This document shows, piece after piece, positions 47,766-57,396 of a stretch of DNA of 64,000 nt. Origin of the DNA: Candidatus Uhrbacteria bacterium RIFCSPLOWO2_01_FULL_47_25 (GTDB lineage: Bacteria > Patescibacteriota > Patescibacteriia > GWA2-46-9); contig MGEK01000023.1 of the NCBI GenBank assembly GCA_001791325.1, forward strand, positions 4,405 to 68,404, in the 5' to 3' direction. The notes beneath the pieces are model-generated. The model was not told the origin of the DNA. It saw only the letters and a list, made by a program, of their open reading frames with translations, and did not search any database. The position numbers and the translations under genes are program-made. Positions within the stretch are counted from its first letter, which is position 1. The number at the start of each line of letters is the position of its first letter.

Positions 47766-48659
47766 TTATACTTTTATTCCACGAATGGCCTGAATTCTTT
47801 CTTCCACCGGTGGGTGGGTCATAAACAGTTTATGCCAAAATGATGTTTGCCCAGCGGTGCGGAAAGGATTTTCAAACCACAAATGCGCGGTTGAATTGTT
47901 AGCCACCTGCAGAGGAGTTGGATCTCGCGAAATTTTCTCCAGTGCCCGCGCCAAGCCCTCGGGATAGCGCGTAAGAAGCGCGCCTGATGCGTCAGCTAGA
48001 AACTCGCGCTTGCGGGAAATTGCGAGCTGCATCAAGGTCGCGGCCAATGGCGCAAGAAAAGAAAGAACAATGGCAATTAGAATGAAAATCCCATTGCCTC
48101 CCCGATCGCGGCCGCGCCGACCCCAAAAGAATGAGCGCATAAAAAAATCCGACAAAATGGAAATAAATCCTACCAAGATAACGGCCACTGTGGACACTAA
48201 AATATCGCGATTGCCTATATGCGATAATTCATGCGCCAATACTCCTTCAAGTTCAGAACGATCTAGACGCTCCATGAGCCCTGTCGTGACAGCGACCACG
48301 GCGTGCTCGGGATTACGGCCAGTGGCAAAAGCGTTCGGGGCCGGGTCTTCAATCATGTATATTTTTGGCACAGGCAGGCCGGCGGTAATGCATAAATTTT
48401 CTACGACATTATAAAGCTCACGGGCATTTTCTCGTGTGACGGGAACGGCGTGCGTCATCTGAAGGACAATTTTGTCTGAATACCAATAAGAAACAATGCT
48501 CATTATAGAGCTAAAAAGAACGGCAATATACAGAATGCTTGAGCTCCCGTAAGCTTGAGAAAACAGCCATCCAATACCGATGATAATGCCAAAGAAAAAT
48601 GTAAAAAGAAGCCAAGTCTTTCTGATGTTGGCGTCTCTATTGGTATAAAGAGTCGGCAT
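47766..48659 (-). CDS. htpX: Zinc metalloprotease HtpX (M48)
   Basis: PNAFATG, HELSH, SRKREFLAD, THPP. Confidence 0.95.
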   Translation of the reverse strand: MPTLYTNRDANIRKTWLLFTFFFGIIIGIGWLFSQAYGSSSILYIAVLFSSIMSIVSYWYSDKIVLQMTHAVPVTRENARELYNVVENLCITAGLPVPKIYMIEDPAPNAFATGRNPEHAVVAVTTGLMERLDRSELEGVLAHELSHIGNRDILVSTVAVILVGFISILSDFFMRSFFWGRRGRDRGGNGIFILIAIVLSFLAPLAATLMQLAISRKREFLADASGALLTRYPEGLARALEKISRDPTPLQVANNSTAHLWFENPFRTAGQTSFWHKLFMTHPPVEERIQAIRGIKV

Positions 48660-48673
48660 TTTTACTTAATTTG

Positions 48674-49303
48674 CTAAAACGATACTTTTACTGGTTCAGC
48701 TTCTGGAGATCCATCCGGCAAATCAAAAAAATCTTCGTGAGAAAAATGAAATAAACCGGCGATGATATTTGAAGGGAACGTATCCATGGCCGTATTCAAA
48801 GCCATAATATTGCCATTGTAAAACCGACGACTGGCTTGAATTTTATTTTCTGTATCCGCCAATTCTCTTTGCAAATCCAAAAAGTTGGCGTTGGCCTTAA
48901 GATCGGGGTAACTTTCAGACACGGCGAACAAAGTCTTTAGGGTGTTAGAGAGCATATTTTCTTTTTCTGCTTTTTCCGCTAACCCTTTAGCGCCCATGGC
49001 CTCGGTACGCGCCTTGGTCACGTTTTCAAAAACTTGACTCTCGTGCTTAGCATAACCTTTAACTGTTTCAACGACATTGGGAATAAGATCGTATCGTCTC
49101 TTTAATTGCACATCTATGTCAGATAGCGCTTCTTTGACGCGGTAGCGAAGCTGTACAAAACCGTTATAAATGCTAACCACCCAAACCAACGCCACGATTA
49201 TTATGGCCGGGATATTGAAAGCCCAGCTGATTTTATCAAACAGGCCGCTAATAACGAGAATGATAATAAGCCCCCCGAGAATTGTTGTCCAAAATTTGGT
49301 CAT
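48674..49303 (-). CDS. lemA: LemA family protein
   Basis: [26 protein letters not shown]. Confidence 0.95.
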   Translation of the reverse strand: MTKFWTTILGGLIIILVISGLFDKISWAFNIPAIIIVALVWVVSIYNGFVQLRYRVKEALSDIDVQLKRRYDLIPNVVETVKGYAKHESQVFENVTKARTEAMGAKGLAEKAEKENMLSNTLKTLFAVSESYPDLKANANFLDLQRELADTENKIQASRRFYNGNIMALNTAMDTFPSNIIAGLFHFSHEDFFDLPDGSPEAEPVKVSF

Positions 49304-49421
49304 ATATTTGTACTTAATAATTAAGTATTAATAACAGCATTATCGCACGAAAGGGGGTTTTTTACCAGATGTCCTATACTCCACCAATTTACACTAATAT
49401 TTAACTAATGGACACCAAAAT

Positions 49422-49451
49422 AAAACCGCCCCGCAAAGCGGGGGCGGCTTG
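49422..49451 (-). terminator. Intrinsic terminator after the major pilin
   Basis: CCGCCCCCGC-TTT-GCGGGGCGG followed by TTTTATTTT. Confidence 0.75.
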
Positions 49452-49472
49452 GTGACAAAATTAATCTCACCC

Positions 49473-50018
49473 TTAACGGGAGGACTTAATCTCCGCAACG
49501 TTTTCTGCATCACATGCTTGAATAGTAATAATACCTGCGGCGCTCTTGGTTAATACATAACCAGTTTTGGCTGCCGTATATGTTGTTGCCGCGGGCGGTG
49601 CTATAGGAATACTGCCGAGATAACCTTTGCCTACCAACCCATTTGCACCGTCGTCTAAATTAATGCAATCTGCGTCTGCGGCAATAGTAACATCTGTACA
49701 CGCTATAGCATTTGCCCCCACATCATCGCAACCCGTAGCGGACGTCCCAATCATATAAGCAGTGTTATCCAATTTAAGTGGATCAGCAATAGCGGCTAAA
49801 TAAGTCCCACCATTATCAACCTGATTGACTTTAATTGCGCTCAAAACTGCCGATATATCTGTTCGCCTTCTGGCATCACGCGCGTCTTGAAAGCGTGTTA
49901 ACGGATTCAAAGCCACAAAGGTGGCGGCCGCGAGAACGGCGATAATACCGATGACAATCAAGAGTTCAATTAATGTAAATCCTTGAAGTCGCGACCTTAT
50001 TTTTTTGACTACTCCCAT
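49473..50018 (-). CDS. Type IV major pilin-like protein
   Basis: GFTLIELLIVIGII class III signal. Likely start is MGVVKK at 50018. Confidence 0.9.
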   Translation of the reverse strand: MGVVKKIRSRLQGFTLIELLIVIGIIAVLAAATFVALNPLTRFQDARDARRRTDISAVLSAIKVNQVDNGGTYLAAIADPLKLDNTAYMIGTSATGCDDVGANAIACTDVTIAADADCINLDDGANGLVGKGYLGSIPIAPPAATTYTAAKTGYVLTKSAAGIITIQACDAENVAEIKSSR

Positions 50019-50059
50019 ATTTTTAAAAAAATTAAGTAATAAAATTGTGAAAATTTTTG

Positions 50060-51805
50060 TTATTGTTTGGCGGCATATTGACGTGCCACCCACCCCTCGC
50101 TCTTATTATTGACCGGCAGTATGTTATCCACGCTCCCATTATCTAGTTGTATTTTATACCATTTTTCCCCTTCCTGCAACAGGGGATAACTTTTATTGGG
50201 GTAAACCTTAGTAATTATTGGATAATTTGTGCCTGGCCCAGAACGAACATTCAACCAGCCGGTGGGAGTATCTAAAATAAGCACTTTTTGCAGCTCTGGA
50301 TTAACCACTGCTCCAGACGGCTCTTCCAGCCCTGCGGTATCTGGTTCCTGATTACTTAATTCAGGCTCTGCACCTGGTGAGGGTTCTTCACCGACATCTG
50401 CATCAATGCCTAAATTAGAATCTAAATTTTTTAGTGGCCTTTCCGGAAAAACCAGCGAGGAAACATCTCTATTATCAGTAGCTAAGGGCTTATCCGCGGC
50501 TTCGTATTGATTAGTTGATTTATAAAACAAATACCAATAGCCAATTAGACCAGCAACAATCAAGCAAACTACTGCAAAACCCGCCAGCCAGTTCTTATGA
50601 GACCATACGCGTTTTGCCACGTTTTCAACCATAATCCCTTCTTTTCCAATTGTACGCTCAATCTTCGCCAAAACATTTTTAGAGGACGTAACTTCATGAA
50701 CTTCAGCTAAATTTAGAGACGGATCTATACTCTCCCACCATCCTGGGAACGCCCGTCGCGCGAGTCCAATCGCTTCAAGATAATAAAAATCAATGTCTTG
50801 GTCACTTGCTTCTGTTTTGATACCACGTTTTGTGGTCTGGCTAGGTGACTTTTTACGACGAGCAACTTTAACAGCCGGGTCTCCCAAGCGCACTGGCACA
50901 TCAAGGTTGGCGGTAAAATAATCTACTAGACCTTTGAGCCTGCTGGTGCCGCCCACAAAGACCACTTCTGCCACCGGCCGACCAAAATTTTGTTTGTAAT
51001 AATCAAGGGCTGTTTTTATTTCATTGCCGAGCGGCTCTAAGATTTTAACAAGGGTGGCCAAAATGTTGTCACCATCTTTAGTTAGGCCAACTCGTATTTT
51101 TAGCTCCTCGGCTTTTTCCCAAGAAGTTTTGGTAATCTTAGCTATTTCATGCGTCAAAGTATCACCGGCAATAAGAACTGAGTAAGTATAGCGCAAACCT
51201 TTATCGTCAAAAATATCTATGCCGCTTGTGACAGCCCCAATATCAACAACACAAACAGGAGCAGAAAGAGATTCTAAAAATAATCCTCTCCGAATAGCCA
51301 ATGGCTCAACATCAAACGTCTTAGCTACATTAAGCCCTACGCTTTCAAAAAAACTTTGCCAGTCCGAAACAATTGTCCGACTAGCCGCGATCAATAAAAT
51401 GTTAACCTTTTGCGTCTCTTCAGAAAGAACTGTGTAAGAATACAATAAATCATTTGCCGGAAGCGGTATGCTCATTAACGCCGCCTCAAGCACCAAATGC
51501 TCCCGCTCTTCTACTTGATGAGCGGGGAGATCAAAAAGATGAAAGTATATCTGACTCTCCGGCAAGCCAAAAACTACCTCACTTTGAGTGGCAAACGGAT
51601 CAAGAGCAGCCTGGGTAAAAACCTCATGCAGAGCGGCCGCTAACTTTTTTGCATCTTTGATTCTGCCTCGTTCAACGATGCCCGGCGGTAAGATTAGATG
51701 ACCGCGGTTAATGACCTCACAGCTATCATTTGTTTGCACCAGCTCTACCACGGCAATAGAGCGATCGGCGATATCTAGGCCGATGGACTTTCTTTTTAAT
51801 AACAT
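50060..51805 (-). CDS. pilM: PilM-like actin-fold protein fused to TM + SH3b domain
   Basis: GLDIAD, VDIGA, VGGTSRLKGL, AIGLARR, then TM, acidic linker, WLNVRSGPGTNY...GWV. Confidence 0.88.
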   Translation of the reverse strand: MLLKRKSIGLDIADRSIAVVELVQTNDSCEVINRGHLILPPGIVERGRIKDAKKLAAALHEVFTQAALDPFATQSEVVFGLPESQIYFHLFDLPAHQVEEREHLVLEAALMSIPLPANDLLYSYTVLSEETQKVNILLIAASRTIVSDWQSFFESVGLNVAKTFDVEPLAIRRGLFLESLSAPVCVVDIGAVTSGIDIFDDKGLRYTYSVLIAGDTLTHEIAKITKTSWEKAEELKIRVGLTKDGDNILATLVKILEPLGNEIKTALDYYKQNFGRPVAEVVFVGGTSRLKGLVDYFTANLDVPVRLGDPAVKVARRKKSPSQTTKRGIKTEASDQDIDFYYLEAIGLARRAFPGWWESIDPSLNLAEVHEVTSSKNVLAKIERTIGKEGIMVENVAKRVWSHKNWLAGFAVVCLIVAGLIGYWYLFYKSTNQYEAADKPLATDNRDVSSLVFPERPLKNLDSNLGIDADVGEEPSPGAEPELSNQEPDTAGLEEPSGAVVNPELQKVLILDTPTGWLNVRSGPGTNYPIITKVYPNKSYPLLQEGEKWYKIQLDNGSVDNILPVNNKSEGWVARQYAAKQ

Positions 51806-51818
51806 AACTCAATAATTT

Positions 51819-51943
51819 CTAAATCCTAAGCTCTAATTTTTAAACAAATCACAATATCTAAATCACAAATAACAAACAGTTTGGAACATTGGGATTTCGT
51901 GCTTAGTTATTGTTTAGAGATTAGAAATTAGATATTAGAGATT
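51819..51943. repeat. Inverted heptamer array (CTAAATC/TTTAGAG type), no nested insert
   Basis: Imperfect inverted arms of about 59 bp with 7-bp period. Confidence 0.78.
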
Positions 51944-51961
51944 ACCATGGTGGGGTGTTAT

Positions 51962-52438
51962 TTAATCGCTTCTTTCTTCCCAAGAATTAATGGTGACAAT
52001 ATTTAAACTGCCTGGAATCTGTGCGACCACGGTTATAACGGCCTGAATTTTTTTATAATAACTGCCGCTCTGCCCAAGTATTGTCAGGCGGCGCTGGTTG
52101 CCCCCTAAATCCACAACACTTATTGTACACGAACCATTGACAACTGGAAAACTCGGGGATCCTGTATAGCCCGCATCTAAACGCAAACGCCGCATAGCCT
52201 CTTCCAGACACCCATCCGCGACGGAAAATGCTTCACCGCCCTTTTGATATGTATAACCAAGCTCAAGCTCGCCCAAGCCAAGCAGTGAAGCGCTAGTAGC
52301 CATAGTTAAAGCAACCACGCCAATGATTAAAACCGTTAAGAGGGCAGAGAAGCCAACAGGGTGTTCAGGCGTTAGCTTATTAGCTTGTAGCTTTTTAGAC
52401 CCTGACCGATTTTCTATATTCAATATTCTATATTCCAT
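51962..52438 (-). CDS. PilX-like minor pilin
   Basis: GFSALLTVLII (no E5), ADGCLEEA. Confidence 0.8.
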   Translation of the reverse strand: MEYRILNIENRSGSKKLQANKLTPEHPVGFSALLTVLIIGVVALTMATSASLLGLGELELGYTYQKGGEAFSVADGCLEEAMRRLRLDAGYTGSPSFPVVNGSCTISVVDLGGNQRRLTILGQSGSYYKKIQAVITVVAQIPGSLNIVTINSWEERSD

Positions 52439-52444
52439 ATTCTT

Positions 52445-53044
52445 TCACTGCCTAACACTCACGGCCATACGCAGACTTTGTGAATAATTATATTCTACAT
52501 CATTGGAATCATTTTTGTAGGCCACGGTAATTTCCACTCCGATATTTTCGCGCGCATTACCGCCGCCGTAATTACGAAACACCAAATTAGTAGCTTCAAC
52601 CCTACTGCCGGTAATAGACACGGGCTGACTGGCGCCTTCGCTAATTTGAATCGCGCCGTTTGCGTCTACATCAATCACTGTTGGATTTTTTAGAACATCC
52701 GCCATGACGAGCGACAACCTGCCTGGACTGCTGTCAAAAACCGAATCACCGGCATTAACTCCCGTGGCCGCCTTAATGCGCTGGCTAATAATCTCAACAG
52801 CTATACGAGCATTGGCCTGCACTTCCTGCGCCACATAAGTTTTATTGCGCACCCCGGCCACAGACAAACTATATGAGATAAAAGTCACGGCCACGCCGCC
52901 AATAACGACAATATAAATGAGCAGCTCTATGAGAGTGAAGGCTCTAGGCATTAGCTTATTAGCTTGCTCGCCCCGTGCAGTCCCGCCTGGCGGGACGAAG
53001 CGGGGTAGCTTTTTAGATAAAAATTTAAATGTTTTATCAATCAT
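52445..53044 (-). CDS. PilW-like minor pilin
   Basis: AFTLIELLIYI motif. The leader carries a 39-bp in-frame palindrome. Confidence 0.85.
   Translation of the reverse strand: MIDKTFKFLSKKLPRFVPPGGTARGEQANKLMPRAFTLIELLIYIVVIGGVAVTFISYSLSVAGVRNKTYVAQEVQANARIAVEIISQRIKAATGVNAGDSVFDSSPGRLSLVMADVLKNPTVIDVDANGAIQISEGASQPVSITGSRVEATNLVFRNYGGGNARENIGVEITVAYKNDSNDVEYNYSQSLRMAVSVRQ
52967..53005. mobile_element. 39-bp REP-like palindromic insertion
   Basis: CCCCGTGCAGTCCCGCCTGGCGGGACGAAGCGGGG, homologous to 31191-31229. Absent from the paralogous site at 52367-52399. Confidence 0.8.
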
Positions 53045-53085
53045 AAATGCAAAATGTAAAAAGCTAAGAAGCTAATGCCTAATTC

Positions 53086-55194
53086 CTATCTATAGTTGAT
53101 CCTTAATTCATTCAAGATCGGCGTGGCCGTACCGTCGCCGATCAGTTCCACCCGATACTGCGCCCAGCGATTGTTATTAAGGGCGATTGGCGCTAAGGCT
53201 CCGCGAGGAATCGTAAAATATGTGCCTGCTCCAGTAGCGCCGTACCATGACGCGGTTGAGAGTGCCGCTAAATCCAAAGTGGTACGAATCTGAAGCTTGA
53301 CAGCACAGCCAACACAACCTCCTGGTGTTTCATCCCACTCAACAATTTGCCAAACTCTATTAACGCTAGCGTCAAAAGCTGATGAGCGTAACCAGCCGCT
53401 TGAGGCGAATGGTCCTCCGGAACCCTGAACCTCGCAATCAACAATTACCTCATCAAGAATCACCTGTTGTGTTCCACTGCCAACAAGAAACGCGCGAAAC
53501 TTCAGCCCGTCAGCGGTCACTGGAAATTCGGAAATATTACTATTGACCACCACGGCGGTATTATAATTTGTTGAACCTGCTACTACCCAGCCACTATTCC
53601 AATATTGCCACGATGCACCATTATCCTTGGAAAGCTGGTAATAAATCTGACCACCGTTTTTTGTAGCTACTTCATTGAAGCTTGTCCAACTATCTATCGG
53701 TGAAGGCTGATAGGCCGCATTTGGAGTGACCCATGGACCATCATTGGCATACGGCTGACCATGCGGCGAGTTGGGCGGTGTAAAAGGAGCAATCCAGCGA
53801 GCAACGCTGGAAACTCGCACTTCATCAAGGCGTCCATAAAAACTTGAGGTACCACCTTCGCTTAACCGAAACGGCGCATTGCCATTTTGAATACCAGCGC
53901 TATAGGAGACACGGGCTGCTGCAGACACCCCTCCGACAAACAAATATAAAAACGATCCATCATACACAGCGGCTACATGGCGCCACTGGTTCAATGGAAT
54001 GATCCCGGCACTGGATGTGATAGACCCCAGATTCAAGCCATTCCTAACCTCAAAACTTAATGAACCATTAATATTGACATACAAACGATAAGATCTGCTT
54101 GCCCCACTGGTCCACTTAGTAACAATAAAATCGCTTCCCGAAGAATAGGCCGTCTTGTTCACCCACGCATCAATAGTTAATGGCCCCATAATATCAAGAC
54201 CTTGCTGTGAGTTGTCTAAAATAGATCCAAAATCCGCACTGCTTTTAAATCGCACGGCGGTACCGAATTTGCCAGCTTGCCCATACAGCGGAGTGCCGTT
54301 CACTGTCAGATTGTTGTTATGGCCGGAGGCATCAATAAAATTTCCGCTCGCCTCGTCTAAGTGCCAAAGACCACGCGTGGTGGCTGGATTAATCAACTGC
54401 CCACCCATATCTTTAAGACGGGCTACGTTGTTATTGCCAGCGTCAACCTCAATCTTAGCAGGATCGCTCAAAGTGTAATCTGAAGCAGTGCTAAAATCCC
54501 AAGTTTTTGATGGACAAACTGGCGGTGGCCCAATGGACTTCAGCTTTACTTCACCGGCTGTTGATACGTCAATATTACCATCGTCAGCTTCATAACGCCT
54601 TGAGTCAGACCATATTGCCTGACCTGATCCGCCTGACCAATCGGTCTGGGTCCACTCGCGCGAATCCCAATTTGTAAGATAAGACGTGCGCTCAACATAA
54701 TTAGCCGCGCCTTGGCCGGGTGACCAATTAACTTTGACCTTAACCTGTTTGCTATGCACATCAATATATGAACTAGGGCAATCAGCAATGTCATTGCTCG
54801 CGTTTCGGCAAACATCGCTAAAAGTAATAGTGCGTGTGTACTTATTTTCTATTAACTCCGACGAAGCCGAACTCAACTCCCACTGGCCAGCATTGACAGA
54901 AACTTTGGCTGGAGAGTATATCAATTTATTCCAAGCCCGATTGGCAATAGCTTTAACCGCTTCTATGCCCTCCTCCGCCAGCGCTCCGGCCTGCGTCTGC
55001 TCGCCGCCGCGGCTTAAGCCCATAAAACTTCCAGCCGCTAAAGTTACCACAGCCGTGGCGAGTAGCGCGAAAATACCCAGAGCCACCACTACCTCTAAAA
55101 GACTCTGACCGCGATTGTCAAAAATTAGTTTATTGGGCATTGGCTGATTAGACCACGCGCAGAAATTGTGATAACGCCTTCGTTTATTCAACAT
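53086..55194 (-). CDS. PilV-like minor pilin with LamG (concanavalin-like) domain
   Basis: GQSLLEVVVAL and WHLDE...WRHVAAVYDG...GRLDEVRVS. The start may be MPNK at 55140. Confidence 0.88.
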   Translation of the reverse strand: MLNKRRRYHNFCAWSNQPMPNKLIFDNRGQSLLEVVVALGIFALLATAVVTLAAGSFMGLSRGGEQTQAGALAEEGIEAVKAIANRAWNKLIYSPAKVSVNAGQWELSSASSELIENKYTRTITFSDVCRNASNDIADCPSSYIDVHSKQVKVKVNWSPGQGAANYVERTSYLTNWDSREWTQTDWSGGSGQAIWSDSRRYEADDGNIDVSTAGEVKLKSIGPPPVCPSKTWDFSTASDYTLSDPAKIEVDAGNNNVARLKDMGGQLINPATTRGLWHLDEASGNFIDASGHNNNLTVNGTPLYGQAGKFGTAVRFKSSADFGSILDNSQQGLDIMGPLTIDAWVNKTAYSSGSDFIVTKWTSGASRSYRLYVNINGSLSFEVRNGLNLGSITSSAGIIPLNQWRHVAAVYDGSFLYLFVGGVSAAARVSYSAGIQNGNAPFRLSEGGTSSFYGRLDEVRVSSVARWIAPFTPPNSPHGQPYANDGPWVTPNAAYQPSPIDSWTSFNEVATKNGGQIYYQLSKDNGASWQYWNSGWVVAGSTNYNTAVVVNSNISEFPVTADGLKFRAFLVGSGTQQVILDEVIVDCEVQGSGGPFASSGWLRSSAFDASVNRVWQIVEWDETPGGCVGCAVKLQIRTTLDLAALSTASWYGATGAGTYFTIPRGALAPIALNNNRWAQYRVELIGDGTATPILNELRINYR

Positions 55195-55227
55195 ATCCTA
55201 ATAAGCTAAGAAGCTAACGCCTAATTC

Positions 55228-55737
55228 CTAGTCAGTGACCATGCCTAATGAATTAATGGTAATGACAGTACTTTTGCCAAGAGCATTGGTTAAAGTAATA
55301 TCTCCTGTCGTACTCGGCTCGCCCAGGCCTCGAGAAAAATTAATATCATCGCCCGTGAGAGTTGTTAACAAAGACAGTGAATCTTCCAAAGTGACCGTGC
55401 GATCAAAATCGGTGTCTTCAGCGCCGCGACCTAAATAAGCGGGCCCTTGATATAAAATAAATCTATCCGGACCATTTGGGTCAATATCAAAAAATACGCC
55501 ATGCGGCTTGTTATTCACTCTGGCCAGACTGCGCGCCTGAGCCGTGCGAACCGTTTGAACGATTTCCGCTGTCCGTTCGTTCAAATAACTTGAAGATTGA
55601 AAATTTCCATAAATAGGAATGGCGACGGCCATTAGTAAAAGCGTAATACTAACAACAATTAGTAACTCAATGATTGAGAAGCCGGTTTTGTTTTGAAAAA
55701 GCCGATCGTGATATCTTATGAGTAGCTGCCTCATCAA
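55228..55737 (-). CDS. FimT/GspH-like minor pilin
   Basis: GFSIIELLIVV. Likely start is MRQLL. Confidence 0.85.
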   Translation of the reverse strand: MMRQLLIRYHDRLFQNKTGFSIIELLIVVSITLLLMAVAIPIYGNFQSSSYLNERTAEIVQTVRTAQARSLARVNNKPHGVFFDIDPNGPDRFILYQGPAYLGRGAEDTDFDRTVTLEDSLSLLTTLTGDDINFSRGLGEPSTTGDITLTNALGKSTVITINSLGMVTD

Positions 55738-55741
55738 ACCG

Positions 55742-56830
55742 CTAGCGGCCAATTCTACCGGTAATGTCATATATCGGAGTAATAATAGAAATGGCTAAAA
55801 ATCCAACCGCCAAACCCATCACCAAAAGCAAGGCTGGTTCAATGGCCGCCGACAATGATTTTGTCGCAGTATCTACCTCAACCTCATAAAAATTGGCAAG
55901 ATAAAAAAGAGTTTCCTCATAGCGCCCTGATTCTTCGCCAACTTTAATCATTCTCGTCACTAACGGCGGAAATATATGGCCTACACGTTCTAGGCTCTCG
56001 GAAAGTTTCGCCCCCCGGCCAACGTCTCGGCTAATCTGTTCAAGAGCACGCCGATAATAATAGTTGCGAGTTGTTTCGGCGGTAATATGAAGAGCTGAAT
56101 CAATGGTTACACCGCTTTTTAAAAGCATTCCCAAGGTGCGGCAGAAACGAGCTAAATTCACATTGCGGCTAATTTTTTTAACTATTGGCGTATGGAGTAA
56201 TAAATAATGAGTGAATGGTTGCGTGAATGTTCGGCGAGATAGCCAGCTCGTCAAAATTATGAATAGCGCCAAACTGACCAAAGCAATTTCTCCCCGCTGT
56301 TCCATAAAACGCGAGAATTTAATCAGCATTCTGGTGGAGAAAGGTAGGTCGGCTTTCAAGCCCTCAAAAAGAGGAATGATTTTGGGCAAAACCATAAATG
56401 ACATCACTGCTCCTAAAATCACGGCCACCACCAGAACAATGGCCGGATAAACCATGGCTCCGCGCACTTTGCCAATAAGCTCTTTTTCTTTTTCCAATTG
56501 CTCCGCCACGTTCTCCAGACTTTCAGAGAGCGTTCCGGAAGTCTCGCCGGCATAAACGGCATTAACAAAAAAACCGGAAAAAACTTTAGGATATTCGGCC
56601 AGAGATGAAGAAAGAGTGTGACCAGACTCAACTGATTTTAAAATGTTTGCCAACACTCTACTCAATTTCCCATCGGCTGAATCACGCGCCACGGACAAAG
56701 CCTCGGTAATAGAAAGACCCGATTTCAGCATCACCGCCAGATGTTTAGCCGTGACTGCCTTGGCGGTAAGACCAACGCCTCCGATGGTCAGCGTAGCTCC
56801 TAATAATTTCTTCCCAGATAGTCTGGTCAT
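55742..56830 (-). CDS. pilC: Type IV pilus platform protein PilC/GspF
   Basis: AGETSGTL, AMVYP, VGEESG, IEP. Confidence 0.95.
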   Translation of the reverse strand: MTRLSGKKLLGATLTIGGVGLTAKAVTAKHLAVMLKSGLSITEALSVARDSADGKLSRVLANILKSVESGHTLSSSLAEYPKVFSGFFVNAVYAGETSGTLSESLENVAEQLEKEKELIGKVRGAMVYPAIVLVVAVILGAVMSFMVLPKIIPLFEGLKADLPFSTRMLIKFSRFMEQRGEIALVSLALFIILTSWLSRRTFTQPFTHYLLLHTPIVKKISRNVNLARFCRTLGMLLKSGVTIDSALHITAETTRNYYYRRALEQISRDVGRGAKLSESLERVGHIFPPLVTRMIKVGEESGRYEETLFYLANFYEVEVDTATKSLSAAIEPALLLVMGLAVGFLAISIITPIYDITGRIGR

Positions 56831-56844
56831 ATATTGACCATTCT

Positions 56845-57261
56845 TTATGAACGCGCCGCGCCAATGTCCTCCTGTTTCTTTTGTTTCATAGCCAAATATT
56901 TACGTACTTCCACGCCAAGTTTTGTGATAGGAAAATCGGTTTTGACTAAATAACCGACGGCTCCGAGGTCCAAACCTGTTTTGATATCTGAATCCTGACC
57001 TAAATTGGTTAAAATAACTACCGGAATATTCTTGGTATGAGCGTGAAGTTTCATTTCACTTAAAATATCAAAGCCGTTTTTGTGCGGCAGAACGATATCA
57101 AGAATAACTAAATCCGGCTTCTCGTTCATAACCTTATTCAATCCTTCATCACCGGAAATCGCCATGCTAACCTCAAACCCCTCGCGTCGCAACTGGTCAG
57201 TATATAATTTATTCAGGAATTTATCGTCTTCAATAACTAAAATTTTGGCCGTATTTTCCAT
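56845..57261 (-). CDS. Single-domain response regulator
   Basis: IEDD, LDIVLP, ILTN, YLVK. Confidence 0.93.
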   Translation of the reverse strand: MENTAKILVIEDDKFLNKLYTDQLRREGFEVSMAISGDEGLNKVMNEKPDLVILDIVLPHKNGFDILSEMKLHAHTKNIPVVILTNLGQDSDIKTGLDLGAVGYLVKTDFPITKLGVEVRKYLAMKQKKQEDIGAARS

Positions 57262-57390
57262 ACCCCATTAGAAGGCCTTCCCAGCCCCGCCTAGCGGGAC
57301 TGATAAGATAAGCGGTTGAATGAATAATAATAGTTACGTTGGCGGTTTATAGAGAGTGGATTAATCATAAAGACGGCCTTCTAACGGGGC
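57262..57390. mobile_element. Family A variant element with nested hairpin
   Basis: TIRs CCCCATTAGAAGGCC / GGCCTTCTAACGGGG with CATA flanks on both sides. Abuts an ATG. Nested CAGCCCCGCCTAGCGGGACTG. Confidence 0.8.
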
Positions 57391-57396
57391 ATATCC

